Source of the DNA: Selaginella moellendorffii
Lineage: Eukaryota; Plantae; Lycopodiophyta
Direction: 5' to 3'
Assembly: GCF_000143415.4 (NCBI RefSeq)
Contig: NW_003314303.1
Coordinates: forward strand, 620,460-684,459
Length of the DNA stretch: 64,000 nt
In this document: piece by piece, positions 36,223 to 49,946 of the stretch
How the letters are laid out: the number at the start of each line of letters is the position of its first letter
Numbering within the stretch: the stretch's first letter is position 1
Notes under the pieces: generated by a model
Databases searched by the model: none
The model's input: the letters and a program-made list of their open reading frames with translations, nothing else
What the model was told of the DNA's origin: nothing
Translations under genes and position numbers: made by a program

Positions 36223-36800
36223 ACGACACAATCAAGCTCAAATCCCAGCCAGCAGCAACGATTTGGGAGTGGATTTGCTTACCCACTGGAAGAAATTGCG
36301 GTCCACAGCATGCTCCAAGGGCCGCGACGGACTTGATCCTGCCCGGAGTGATGCGTGGAGCAGCAATCTCCGGTCAACACTTTGCATGTGCCACGTGTTG
36401 GTGGGCCTTTTTCTCCCACCACACACAGCTTGGCTGCCTCCCATTGGCCGGGAGCAAACATTAGCGCTATTATTCACTAACACGTGGTTAAAGAAATAAC
36501 CCCTTTACAGTTACCCCCCATAGGTTATCGTGAGATTTAGCAAAAAAAGTGTGACGGATTGGATATGGCACTTTTGGGCGAGCGGGATTTCTAGGGCATT
36601 GCGAGGTGTTGTCGCCCTAGCTACAGCGGTGTCAGGCTTGTCGCCATAGCTCAAGAATCTGGAGTTTGAGGCCGCCGCTCGAATCGCTGTGCACATCAAG
36701 GAGAGTGGATGCGCTGCTGCTGGAAAAGACCGATGGCTTCTAGCGTGGTAAGAAAAAGTTTCATGTAACTGATTCGGGTCAGGCTTGATACTAAACTGCA
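36223..36800 (-). repeat. Duplicated gene-fragment module (PPR-like and RCL1 3' fragments)
   Basis: 36223-36520 matches 41514-41795; 36660-36800 matches 40500-40633; inverted relatives at ~49370-49730. Confidence 0.75.
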
Positions 36801-38459
36801 CCTTCAGCGCAGCAAGAGGTATCTCTTGTTTTGTTTTCTCTTCTTTATAACCGCAGCCCTTGTTCTAGCTTGCAGGAATGAAAGTGGTGGTTGTTTTCGA
36901 TGCAAAGGAATCAGGTCTGCCATCACACAGAGAATCCAGAGCAAGGTAGACTCCACTCGACTTCTTTCTATTCCTTTTGGTTTCTTTTTTTGTCCTCTGG
37001 GATTTGTCCTCTGGGATTTGATTACGCTTTGTTTCTGCAGTGTTGACATCGTGTTTGCGGCCGACGCTTGCACCGATTCATGGATCAAGCGTGAGGTATT
37101 TTAGATGATTCTTGCATCATGGCTACATAAATTTCCGCTTTGACTGATATCTTTCGGCAGGTCTACTTGTTGAGAGATGACGGCTGCCCCAAGATCAGAG
37201 TCATAACATCCGATTCCCTTCATCAGCAGGTTGCAAACGGCACGGTAAATTCATGAAAGTCAGAGAACAAAACAATGGCTTATTTTCTGCAAAGATTCTT
37301 ATTGGTTTTTTTCTCTAGTCTTTGACAGGGTGTGTATGTATGGAGCTGCAAAGGTTTGATTGGAGAGGTGAGACGCTCAGCTCAGCTTTAAAGCCAATGG
37401 CTTTTTAAGTTCCTGAGCATTTCAATTTGCTTGTTTAGATCAAGGACGTGAGGAAAGAATTGGAGCAGCTGTTACATTCCGACAGGTGATGTTACATTAC
37501 GGCTGACCTTCACTGCCAATCATGGCATCCATAGCAAGTGTAGCTCTTGGTCCGCCCATGTCATCTTCTTCAAGACCAAGTGCCAGGTACTGCGAGAAAA
37601 CAGGTAAATCGCTTGGGACAACTGGGAGTCCCAAGCGAGGAGATCACAGGTCTTGTGTATTTACAGCAATGAATTTAATTGATTGTTTTCTCATCTCCAG
37701 GGATATAGAGATTTTTTTGGAGAGGATTGTCTATCCACTCAGCTCCTGATCAAGATTATGATTTTTATGACCAGGCTTTTCAGTTCGCCCAAACTTTTGA
37801 TTTATGTCCAGGCTATGGTTGACATTTGTGAGATTGGAAATATAGTACTGGGAGAATTGAAGAGCCCTGAGGAAGAAATTTGAGACTCTAGGCTGAATTA
37901 CACAGAGGACGAAGAGCTTGAGAAGCTAATACATGGAAATGTCTACATGGTCGATTATCCTGGTGAAGGTACTTCGAAATTTGCTCAGTGGTTAGTTTTT
38001 TCATAAGTTGTGATACAGGTAGCAAAGACTGTAGAATTGGCAGAAGGGTCGTTCTTTCCGGTGATTTTAATCCATTGCATGAAGGTCATCTTACACTGAT
38101 GAGCATGGCATGCACGTAAGTTTCCTGAAAAAAAAATGTTTTTGTTGGTCTAATGTAAGTTACAGCCTTGTGCAAGGCAGCAATCCAGGAAGCTCTGGAC
38201 GTGGCAGACGATGCCTTTCAAGCCTAGCTTTGTGACATGATGACGTTGCTGGCCTGCTGCAAGCAGTGGGGCAATGCAGCGATTGGGAAGCTCGCATTCT
38301 ATAGAGTCTTGCAAGAGACTTTGAGGTTGTAATAATACAATGGATCCCATAAACAACTATGCAGCAAGCTTATAGACAATACATTGTATAAACAAAAAAT
38401 GAAAGCACATGGGGAATAGGAAATGAAAGCACACTGGAATAGGAAATAAAGTGCACAGT

Positions 38460-39960
38460 ACTCTAATCAGCCTTGAATGCAATAACTTTTGGTGAGCTTT
38501 GATAGGCACCAGTTGAAAATAAGAAATGGCCTGTTGGTGGCTTCTTTGTCTCCAAAAGTTTGATTGCTTCAAGCATTCGAGTAGAAGTGAACATTCTTAG
38601 AAACTGGCTAGGAGTGAGACCATATGCTTGGTCTATATAAGTGTCCTCCATGCAAACATCTTGGGGGTGGCTAGTATCTGGATAGAATTTGCCATGGACT
38701 CGCAAAGTTTGAAAAAACATTCGTTCGTTTTTGCAATGGTGGCACCAACTAATATTTCGTGTTTGTTTCTCGACCCTAAACTTTTTGCAAACATGGCAGC
38801 CGCAACAAACAGAGATTGCTTGAGGGTTTTCAGGGATGAAATGGCCATACACCTATTGACAAAACATGTGTTTTGAACGGTTGGTATACATCAAGAGAGA
38901 CGTACCCCAAAGAAGTTCTTTTCGTATATGAATGAGACAGAGTGCAACTGCTTCTGTATATGATCCCAAGGTGTATCGTTAGGAATTTTTAAGACAATAG
39001 TCGAGGGTGCAATCCTGAACACATTTTTATCTTTAGTTCCTCAGAGATTGTAGAAAATACAGCTTGGCATGTCCCCAGCAAACCATGATGATTTGAGCTC
39101 ATGATAGACATGGTCCATATCACCCAGCACATGCACCTATGTTTGAAGTTCACCAAAAAATCTAGTCAGAATATTATAAATACCTTATAGGTTTTTTCAG
39201 CTTCAGGATCATCAGCAATGAATATGATGTTTGTAGTGTTAGGTGTTTGATCTACACTAGTGATTGCCCCAGCAACCATTGAAGAAGTATAAGCAGAAGC
39301 ATCCACTGCAAACTGACTCAGTGGAACAATGTCTGATGGTCTAACAAAATCAAGCACTGGAGGAGCCTTCTCTGGCCATGCTCGAACATGTGTGGCCATA
39401 GAAATATCTACTAAGAGACAATGGAGCCCCAAATGATACTTCGGATTTTTAGCTCTGACTTTGTAGTGTTGAATACACAGCTAGTTAGATGGCTTGAAAA
39501 GGTGGCTGTATTTATCAGCAGCATTGGCTGCCATTGAAGCTGTTGCAAGGTGCATGCCATAGTTGTCAGTGAAATCGATATTAAGGAACCTTGATGTTGA
39601 TGCCATGCTTGTTGAGTGGATCTCATGTTGGAAATCATAGCTACCGTACCAAGATAATACATATATAAGAAGCGGCTCACCACCTGAATGGAGCTATAGA
39701 TCCACAATATGAACACATGCATATTGTGTTTCCTTAGAAGAAGCAATCAGATTCCATACGCCAGGGTCTTGAATGCTATATAATTTGCACTTAGCTAAAA
39801 AAGCCCATTAGAAACCCATAACTAAAAATTGAGTAGTACCTCCTAAAATCCCACGGGGCACTTGGCTGGAAGTCTGTGTCTGAGCATCTGGATCTGGCCA
39901 TAGAGAAGGTTTATGAAGCAAAAAAGCTAAGTGCCAGTACCTGCTAAAATACCAAAGGGA
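38460..39960 (-). pseudogene. Multi-exon RPA70-like (OB-fold + C4 zinc finger) gene, putative
   Basis: CGCHVCKK...WCHHCK...LRVHG pattern resembles the RPA1 C-terminal zinc ribbon; several short GT-AG introns; plant Helitrons commonly encode RPA-like proteins. Confidence 0.45.
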
Positions 39961-40539
39961 CTTTGGAAATGTAACGGCTGTAACGGCTGTTTGAAGTCTG
40001 CTTGTACACCTATTTGTTAAGCTGTAAAGCACTGTATTGGAATAGACTAAGTACCTGAAGCACTAAGCTGTGTAAGGTGCTCAGATCCTGGAAAGAAAAG
40101 TGATTAAATTCTGATTTATCAAGATAAACACAAACCTGGTTCATTGCTCTCTCCACCCATCTCTACATCACCTAGAACTTGTTGCTGCTGTGAAGAAACA
40201 TCATCTGGCGATGGCTAATAATTGTAATCTACATGATCTTGAGACCCCACATCAGAATCGCTAGCTGCCGCTGCCATCGGAGAGGGCAATCCTGAATGAA
40301 GCAATTGATGAACTTTGAGTTAATCACAACCGTTGGCCCAAAGGCCTGCTTAATTATTGCCACGTCATTAGGCACATGCAAAACTAATATAACTATTTCA
40401 CTCGATGAAGGCGTCCAAAATGTATTCCACTTCTTGTCTTCAGTGGGAGCATCAGCAGATGATAATGATGAGAGGCAGATGATCGTCGTGGATGGCTGGC
40501 TGGAGTTTGAGGCCACAGCTCGAATCACTGTGCACATCA

Positions 40540-41405
40540 AGGAGAGTGGACGCACTGCTGTTGGAAAAGACCTATGGCTTCTAGAAAAAGTTCCATGTAA
40601 CTGATTCGGGTCAGGCTTGATACTAAACTGCACTCCCAGGAATTCTTTGATGGTCGGGAACAGCAACCCCTATATGGCAAACAGGAAAGTTTGTGAGATC
40701 GACTTCTTTCCTTTCCAGCTTCATAGATAGATACTTGGTGAGTTGAATCTACAACTCCTCCCAACTTTATCTCCTGTAGCAAGGTCATGGCTGCTTGCGT
40801 CCCCAGGTCCTCTGGAAGCTGGAGCTCGGATGCTCCAGAATGCATAGCCACGCACTCGGAGCTTAAAATGCAGCCGGTGGTCGTTTCTGCCACCAGTGAG
40901 ATCCCATAGCCTGGAGATCTGTGCCATGACAAAGGAAGCAAGATGAAAAAAGTTTACCTTGCAGCACAAAATCATGGAACTTACTTCCCGGACTCCAAAC
41001 CAATGTAGTGATCAGTAAAGATGTACACGTTGAGGAGCAAGTGCTTTAGCACGCCACATTCGATTGGCCATATGAGGTGAGACGGGTGTGGAGTAACTCA
41101 CTCCTCGGATACGTTTCACCATGCCCTCGTCCACCCATGTAGCAGCCTGGTGAAGGATTCTTAGCGAGGAGAGAAAGAAAAGAAGAGGAGTTTGGAGAAA
41201 CTGGCCGTGAGGCTCTTGGGGACAATGGGAACTTTGAGGACGACTTCACTGCCACCCAAGGGAGGAGCTTCGCGGGCAACAACCTTGAGTTCTAGGCCTT
41301 CGATTGGAACACCAAAGTGCTTAAGCATTGGCAGTGTTGCTGTGCAAAAGGTGTCGGTGCAGGGATCCCTACTGTCATTCGTAATGCCTGTCACAGGCCA
41401 CAAAC
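40540..41405 (-). pseudogene. RCL1: RNA 3'-terminal phosphate cyclase-like fragments
   Basis: GITNDSRDP..DTF...TLPMLKHFG...LELKV..R.APPLGG.EV; PGYGISLVAETTTG; PEDLG..AA..LL.EI..GGVVDSTHQ; FLGVQFSIKPDP. Confidence 0.8.
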
Positions 41406-41429
41406 AATTCTTCCAGGAGCAAAATCCTG

Positions 41430-41600
41430 CTACTACTGTCTTCATCCCTTGGAACACACAAATCGCGCCTTGCAAGCTGCCACACACGGCATACATGTCA
41501 ATCAGTGCAGTAGACACAATCAAGCTCAAATCCCAGCCAGCAGCAATGATTTGGGAGTGGATTTGCTTACCCACCGGAAGAAATTGCGGTCCACAGCACG
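41430..41600 (-). pseudogene. PLS-class PPR fragment
   Basis: GKQIHSQII...VSTALIDMYAVCGSLQGA..VFQGM. Confidence 0.75.
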
Positions 41601-42129
41601 CTCCAAGGGCTGCGACCTACTTGATCCTGCCTGACCAGCAATCTCCAGTCAACACTTTGCATGTGCCACGCGTCGCCGGGCCTTCCTCTCCCGCCCCACG
41701 TGGCTTGGCTGCCTCCCATTGGCCGGGAGCAAACATCAGCGCGATTATTCTCAAACATGTGGTTAAAGAAATAACCCCTTTACAGTTACCCCCCATCGGA
41801 CGGCCCCGATTGGCTGGATCCGGCAGCCCACAAAGTTCGGCGTTTGCTCCTTATAGTTCATTATTGTTTGCTTAACAAAAAATCTTAATCATATACTCTA
41901 CAAGGTTGAGATTATTGATGAAATAGATAGGATACTTTACTATTAGTTGAATATCTTGAGGCTCTACAATGAGTTACACAATACTAATACATATTTGTCT
42001 TTTAAGACTAATAGATCACACTAGATGATGATGAAAAGCTGAGGTGAATGGCATTTAAAATTATTGCCATGGTGCAAGATAAGGCTCTAATACAACATTA
42101 TGGGGAAGAATTGCAATATGGTCAATTGC

Positions 42130-43067
42130 TAGTCCACCTTAGCAAAAGTCTCCAGGAAAAACCAATATCCTTGAGATGCAATGCGAATACTTCCACCCTT
42201 TCCGATTCTTGAAATCTGGGATGGGGATTCCATTCCTGGGCTGCAAGGAAAAGGAGTGGGGATCGCCACACGCTTCAAGTTGCGACCCAAGTGTGACAAG
42301 TCTTTGATCATCGTTTCCCCTCCTTTGCAAGACACACCGGTACAGGCGGTGAGTGATCAATTCCTCTGGGTCAAGCTTGTCCAGAATCTTGTCTGCATAG
42401 TATTGCATAGCGCAGTAAACACAACTATCTTGTAGAGCTTTGCCATGTCTCACAGGAACTCGTCCATGCCGGGCCACTTAGCCAAGCGCTCCAGTGGCAC
42501 AACTTTCCCGCTAAAGAGCCTGAGCGTTGCCCTTGTCGGGCATGGATGAGGGTGTTGTCCATGTCCAAAACCAACATTGGCTTGTTTGGATCCAGAGGTG
42601 GCGGTAGAATACATGTAGTAAACTCACCCTTTGTTTTGACCTTCTTGGGCTGTGGCCTTCTTGGATCTGAAAATCCCAATCTCCATGCTCGCACTTCATT
42701 TTCGACAGAACCAGAGGTAAACATCAGCCTTTTTGTATTAAGGGCTGGCTTGAGCTATCCAAACATGATGATCGGTCACTTGCTCACTAAGCGAGCCTGG
42801 GTAAACTCTTTGAGCTTCTCGATCTGTGGCAGTGCCACTTTGGCCGAGGGATGCTCGGTCACAGCCCCGAAGAGTTTGTGGAGACGCGGGCATTGCTCCT
42901 GGCTCGCGGGCTTCAAGCCCACCACTTGCTCAAGCGCTGGGATCCACACCGTAGAGGGTTCCAAGAACGACATGCTCGCGCCACCAAAGAAGGGGCCCTC
43001 TTCCTCATCGCCCAGCTCCGCCAGAGCTCCCTCGAGAAGCAAACAGTCTTGGATGAACTCCTCGTTC
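42130..43067 (-). pseudogene. SCP1/CTDSP-like (FCP1 homology) phosphatase pseudogene
   Basis: MLVLDMDNTLIHA, RPGMDEFL, YADKILDKLDP, HRLYR, IKDLSHLGRNLKRV, QPRNGIPI, spread across frameshifts. Confidence 0.8.
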
Positions 43068-44834
43068 ACTAGGCAAGCTCATTGGATGGTCAAAATCATG
43101 GAGTTTGGGGAGTTTCCTATTGAGCATTGTCCGGGAAAAACAAATGTGGTGGCAGATGCTTTATCTCGTGTTCGTCATGTGATGACGTTACGAACACGAT
43201 TTTGTCATCATTTGAGTAAGGTGGTTAGCGAGTTTGGGCAATTGGTTGAGCATGCTCAGGCTCAGGATGCTGAGGTGGCCTCTTTGCGAGACCAGATGGA
43301 AGCTCCTTTCTCATTGGTGGATGGGATTCTCTACTACAATGGCCGTGTCTATTTGCCACAGGTGGATGCGTTAATTACTCAAGTTTTATTCCACTATCAT
43401 GATCGTTCAGAGGCCGGTCATTTTGGGGGGAAGAAGACGTATGAGTTGATTAAGCACAACTTTTATTGGAGGAATATGAAGGCTGATATCCTCAAGTATT
43501 GTAAATCATGCGAGCTTTGTCAGCGGGTTAAGGTGCCACGGGAGAAGCCAGGGGGACTTTTGCAACCTTTACCTATTCCTCAGAGCCGTTGGGTAGTATC
43601 TCTATGGACTTCATCACTTGTTTGCCACGAACACAGAGGCAAAAGGAGCAAGTATGGGTCATAGTGGATTGGTTGACGAAGTATGTGCGGTTGTTGGCTC
43701 TTCGGAAGACTGTCACTGCCTTAGACTTGGCTACGGTTTACTTGGAGAAGGTTTTTCCTGATTTTGGTTTACCGGAGGAAATCATTAGTGATCGAGATTC
43801 AAAGTTCACCAGTGGATTTTGGAAAAGCTTTGCAAAGGCTATGCAAGTGACATTGAAACTCTCAAATGGAGATCATCCTCAGACGGATGGGCAAACTGAG
43901 CGTGTGAATCAGGTGGTGGAGGATATGCTACGTTGTAGCATTGGTCAAAGGCAAGGACAGTGGGATCTATATCTTCCGTTGGTGCAATTTGCTTACAACA
44001 ATAGCCAACACAATGGAACCAAGCTAAGTCCTTACTTTGCCATGTTTGGAAGGCATCCTCGAACAGCGGTGGAGTTGGGATTGCATTTGAGTAAGGACGT
44101 TCAAGATAAGCTTGATTCCGAGGCAACTGATCTGGCCACAGAACTTGATGAGATTCTGGTGGTGTGTAAACGGAATTTGCAAGCAGCTCAGGATAGAGCG
44201 GAGAAGTTTGCCAATGAGCATCGCCAATTCCGGGAATATAAGGTGGGTGATCTCGTCTTTGTGCGAGTGATCTTTCCGTCAAGTGAGCGGTGGAACACCT
44301 TGGTGCCTTTACGGACAGGGAAGAGTGATAAACTTTCCCATCGATATGTTGGTCCATATGAAGTGCTAGAGCGCATTGGTAAAGCGGCTTATCGAGTGCG
44401 GCTGCCAGTTGGGGTGAAAATTCATCCAGTATTTTATGTCAGCCAGTTGAAAGGTGTACTATCTCGGAGTGACGGGCCCAATGCCTCCTTGATGTATACG
44501 GTTGTGGAAGATGGACCAGGAGCTTGAGCAGGATTCCACAGAAAGGGTGATCACCGGTACAACTCGTCCTTGGGACAAGGACTTTGTTGGGGGGAAAGAA
44601 TTGTTAAGCGCCAGCTTTGACTACATGGTCAATGACGGTCAAAGGGAGGCTCAAGGGTATATTAAGGCATGTTAGGGTAAGGGACTTAACCTACCCTAGG
44701 GCTCACAGTGGAGCGGCGGCGCAGTGGAGCTTTTGAGGTAGCTCGGGGGTGGTTGGGTGGTGAGGAACCTCAAGAGGTGGCGTAGCATAGTCTAGGGCAA
44801 CTAGATCTTTGTCTTTTTGCGCCGGATCATAACA
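43068..44834 (+). mobile_element. Ty3/Gypsy 3' half (RNase H end, integrase, PPT, 3' LTR 44602-44834)
   Basis: NVVADALSR, HHCC zinc finger, SMDFIT, SDRD, HPQTDGQTER, GPY motif; PPT GGGGGGAAAGAA; 233-bp LTR. Confidence 0.93.
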
Positions 44835-47800
44835 TTGAACTTTGAATCTCAATCACTAATGATTTCCTCCGGCAAACCAAAATTAGGAAAAACCTTCTCC
44901 AAGTAAACCGCAGCCAAGTCTGAGGCAGTGACAGTCTTCCAAAGAGCCAACAACTGCACATACTTCGTCAACCGATCCACTATGACCCATACTTGCTCCT
45001 TTTGCCTCTGTGTTCGTGGCAAACAAGTGATGAAGTCCATAGAGATACTACACCAATGGCTCTGAGGAATAGGTAAAGGTTGCAAAAGTCCCCTTGGCTT
45101 CTCCCGTGGCACCTTAACCCGCTGACAAAGCTCGCATGATTTACAATACTTGAGGATATCAGCCTTCATATTCCTCCAATAAAAGTTGCGCTTAATCAAC
45201 TCATACGTCTTCTTCCCCCCAAAATGACCGGCCTCTGGACGATCATGATAGTGGAATAAAACTTGAGTAATTAACGCATCCACCCGTGGCAAATAGACAC
45301 AGCCATTGTAGTAGAGAATCCCATCCACCAATGAGAAAGGAGCTTCCATCTGGTCTCGCAAAGAGGCCACCTCAGCATCCTGAGCCTGAGCATGCTCAAC
45401 CAATTGCCCAAACTCGCTGACCACCTTACTCAAATGATGACAAAATCGTGTTCGTAACGTCGTCACATGACGAACACGAGATAAAGCATCTGCCACCACA
45501 TTTGTTTTTCCCGGACGATGCTCAATAGGAAACTCCCCAAACTCCATGAGTTTGACCATTCAACGAGCTTGCCTAGTGTTCAACTCCTTCTGTGTGAAAA
45601 GATACACAAGTGGTTTGTGATCTGTCAACACCACGAACACTGCACCATAAAGATAGTGCCGCCACGTCCGCAAAGCATGAACAATAGAGAGTAACTCTTG
45701 CTCATATGTGGAATAACGTTGCTCTGCGGAATTCAAAGTTCGACTCTCATATGCAATAGGCTGTCCCTCTTGCATGAGAACTCCTCCCAGTGCATAACCA
45801 CTAGCATCGCATGTCACCTCGTAAGGTTTCGATGGATCAGCAATGCGAAGCACTGGAGCCTTGCTCAACAATCGTTTTAGCGCCACAAAACTCTCCTCTT
45901 GTGGCGTCTTCCACTCGAATGGCACATTCTTGCGTAGCATCCGCGTCAAAGGAATAGCCACCTTTGCAAACTTATGCTGGAAACATCGGTAGTAACTAGC
46001 CATACCAAGAAAACTGCGCAACTCGGCCACTGTAGTCGGTGTAGGCCAGTTTTCCACCACAACCACCTTCCTTGGATCCATCTTGACACCCTTAGATGTC
46101 ACAATATGGCCTAGATATTCCACCTCCAACTTTGCAAATTCACATTTGCTCTTCTTCGCATAAAGTTTGCTGTCTCGAAGTAACAAAAGAACCTTGCACA
46201 AATGCACCCTATGCTCCTCCATATTCTTGCTAAAAACAAGAATATCGTCCAAGCAAACTCATGAAGATAACGCCCAAATACCTCCGTCATCAACCGAGTA
46301 AATGTGGCCGGTGCATTCGTCAAACCAAACGGCATAACTGTAAACTCAAAATGTCCGAAGCTTGTGTTGAATGCCGTCTTGGAGATAGATGCATCATCCA
46401 TTGCAATCTGATGATATCCACTCCTCAGATCAATCTTGGTAAACACTCGTGCTTCACCAAGCTTGTCTAGGATATCATCCACACGTGGCATCGGCATCTT
46501 ATCCTTCACTGTCTTCTTGTTCAAAGCGCGGTAGTCAATACACATTCACATTGAACTGTCCTTCTTCTTCACAAGCAAGACCGGAACACCAAATGGAGAC
46601 TTACTTGGCTGAATGAATCCAAACTCAAGTAACTCCTTGACTTGTCGTTGAACTTCTTGCTCCTCCGCATAACTTAACCGAAATGGACGCTGGTAAATTG
46701 GCCGCGTCCCCGGCTCCAATGTAATCCCATGCTCCACACCTGGTAATGGAGGAAATCCATAAGGAAGTTCAGATGGAAAAACATCAGAAAACTCATCAAG
46801 TACATCCCGTACTACTGCTTCTCCCCCACACGTGCCTTGGTCCCCCAAGTCACGAACAAACAGCAAGTAACTTGAAAGTGCTTTTCCATTATGACAAGCC
46901 CGTGTCAAAGATGTAGCAGAGAGCATAGCAACTGGTGGTTGAACACCCTCGCCAAACCACACATCTTTAACGCTACCATACTCCAGCGAGATACGCTTAA
47001 TGCTCCACTTTATCTCTGGATCCACCTTCACCAACCATGGCATCCCAAGAATGAGATCCATACGATGGATATCCGTGAGATAAAAAGTCTCCACATGTGT
47101 GGTTTTGCCAACCAACACTTCCAGCCCCTCGACATAAGCATCAAAATGCTGAGTAGAGGTAACTGCACCTTCCACTGTGTATGGAAGAACTCCACGTGTG
47201 TTCAGGCAATGCTCTGCAACAAACTTTGTCGAAACAAAGTTGTCATCGCTCCCACTATCCAGTAAAATCTGCACTGGATCGCCACGGAACACGCCCTCCA
47301 GCATTAAAGCTGATTCACGTGTATCCTCGAGCTCCATCTTGTTCCACACACAGTTGAGTTGACGAGCAACGATCGAAAGTCTCTTCCTCCGACCGGAATA
47401 GTCGTTCTCGTCATCCTCATGCTGTAAAGCTTGCAACTTTTTAGTATCTGACTTACCGTGAGAAGATGATTGGCCATTCTTCTTGTCCTGCTGCTTGTTC
47501 TTCAACTGCGGACAATTAGCCTTGTAGTGTCCAAGTTCGCCGCAATGATGACAACCTTGTCTATAATTCTTCACAAAGAACTTCTGCTTCTTGGACCCCT
47601 TTGCATCTAAAGTAGTCACCACTGACTTCAACTTGTGATGCTTGTTCCCATCCTTGTGTCCACGGTGATCATCACGACGATTCTCGACAGAAGGACTCCG
47701 CGAACGCTTGCGAGACTTGTGCTTGTCATTGTCAAGTCGACGAGCCGCATCAAAGGGCTCCTCCATACTCTTTGTAGGCTAAGAATGACGCAAGTGTTGC

Positions 47801-48716
47801 CGCATGCTCTCACTATGTAGGCCATCAATGAAGTAGGACTTGTTTTGATCTGGATCCTTTGTTGGAACACGACTAATCAAGCGAGTAAGCTTCTCAATAT
47901 AATCCCCGAGCGTCATTTTCCCTTGCTGGAAATGGCGAAGTTCTGTACGAGCATTCTCCACATCGTAATGAGGGGCAAAACATAAACGGAAAGCAGCCTC
48001 AAACTCATCCATGGTAGACACTGGTGGTTTCTTATCCGCAACACGGGACTCCTCAAGCCAATTCCACCATCGAAGACCCACATCACGCAAAACCATCGGA
48101 ATAGCCACTAAAGCCTCTGCATCTGGAGTTCCTCTAGCAGCCAAGAACTTCTTCACATTGGCTAGCCAAGCGAGACACTCGTCCACACCACCATCACCAG
48201 AAAAAGTTGGAATCTTGAGTCGATCTACCAAAGAAGGCTTACTTGGAGCTCTACCCCGTCCAGCCTCGAGTGCCTCAACACGCCCATGCATGGTATCCAT
48301 CATGCCATGCATCTCGTCTTGCATCTCTTGCTGATTTTTATTAAGGGCTCGCAGCTCATGAACCACATCTTGAATGGTCCAAATCTCCGCAGCTTCGTCG
48401 GCACCATCGTCGGCACCACCATCGACGATAGGATTCCAGCGTTCAGCTTGGTCAGCCATCGCAACCAACTCCTCTGATACCAATGTTATGATCCGGCGCA
48501 AAAAGACAAAGATCTAGTTGCCCTAGACTATGCTATGCCACCTCTTGAGGTTCCTCACCACCCAACCACCCCCGAGCTACCTCAAAAGCTCCACTGCGCC
48601 GCCGCTCCACTGTGAGCCCTAGGGTAGGTTAAGTCCCTTACCCTAACATGCCTTAATATACCCTTGAGCCTCCCTTTGACCATTGTTGACCACGTAGTCA
48701 AAGCTGGCGCCTAACA
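44835..48716 (-). mobile_element. Ty3/Gypsy 5' portion (5' LTR 48484-48716, PBS, gag, PR, RT, RNase H, partial IN)
   Basis: PBS 48472-48482; zinc knuckle CHHCGELGHYKANC; LLDSGS protease; [25 protein letters not shown]; RNase H CDASGY, TDHKPL; several stops; ends inside integrase at DSKF. Confidence 0.95.
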
Positions 48717-49141
48717 ACGGCAGCGCCGTTGCTGCGGATGAATCGGTCCAAGGAGTCGGAAATCTGCGTGATCGATAAGCAAGAAGAGTTATAGCAGCAA
48801 ATTTCTCGAAGAAATACCTTCTTGTCGAAGAAATCAGTCCAGAAGCGGTGCTGTGCGCGGAGGAATGCATCCTGCGGCAAGAGTGGCGATGTTCCAGGCC
48901 AAACCTCGTCGATGTAGTGGACGATGATGGCCGACTCTGCGATGGGCTTGCCCTTGTGGATGAGAACCGGGACCTTCTTGTGAACTGGATTGGACTCGAG
49001 CAGGAGCTTACTCTTGTTACCCAAATCCTGGGGGAGATCTTCGTGCTCGATGCCCTTGAGCAACAGTGCAAGCTTGACTCACATGGAAAAGGGGCTGGGC
49101 CAAAAGCTGAGCAGTGTTACATCTTGATCGTGACAAGCCAT
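48717..49141 (-). pseudogene. GSTU: Tau-class glutathione S-transferase, truncated by the Gypsy insertion
   Basis: FWPSPF...KSKLLLESNPVHKKVPVLIHKGKPIAESAIIVHYIDEVW...RFWTDFFDKK, intron, and a second exon cut by the LTR. Confidence 0.9.
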
Positions 49142-49946
49142 GGCTAGATGAAAAATTGAGAAGAAAAGTTAGAAATGCAAATGGACTGAGGTTTAATTGG
49201 ATGAAGGGTCACCTTTTATAACATGTCCCACACGGCTCTTCGACCAATTGCCAAGAAGGCAGACGAGAAGGCTGAAGGTAGTGTCTAAATAGAATTAAAC
49301 TTCCAGCTAATAAGGAGGGAGTGCTAAACTTTCTGGACCATTGGATTTAGCCAATTGCAACCATCCGATGAGGGGGTTATTTTTTTAACCATGTCTTAGT
49401 GAATAATCACGCTAATGTTTGCTCCCGGCCAATGGGAGGCAGCCAAGCTACGTGGGGTGGGAGAGGAAGGCAACACATGTCGCATGCAAGGTGTTGATTG
49501 TCGAGCGAAGAAAGCACTGTGAAGAATAGGTTGCCATTGCTATTCCTGCTGGGTGATTGCTCGCCAGTTATCCAATGATGGAATAGTGTGAAGAGCAAGT
49601 TGACCATGATTACACCTATTGCATGTTGAGTGAATTGTTTTTGTTTTGTAATGTTTTTCTAGGGTTTATGACCTTGCTGCTGCTGCCGATTTGCAATCCA
49701 AATCTGAGGCGCTGTGTCAATGCCACTGGAATGAACCATGTCTTGGTACTATTTGTGTCCACACTTTCTTTTAATGTCTTCCAATTTACTTTCTTTTCTT
49801 CTTCTCAAATGCCAAGAGTTCATTTTTTTCCTGATTTGGTTTTTCCAATACTTTGTGGTGTCTTTGCTCTCGAGAACCCCATGGCAAGTTCTCACTTTTT
49901 TTCCCCCATCACTTGGCTTTTTTTTGTTCTGTTCTTCTTTTCCTAG

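Larger units (their letters stand above)
3862..41850 (-). mobile_element. Helitron with captured gene fragments (3' end defined; 5' end not located, right coordinate approximate)
   Basis: Canonical 3' terminus at 3862; RepHel on the same strand; WEE1 fragment continuous across the nested MULE; RPA70-like gene and gene-fragment mosaic further upstream on the same strand. Confidence 0.5.

Noticed and set aside
42546-43664. 372-aa ORF as a novel fusion gene
   Set aside because: Chance read-through from the antisense of the SCP1-like pseudogene into Gypsy pol at a deletion junction.
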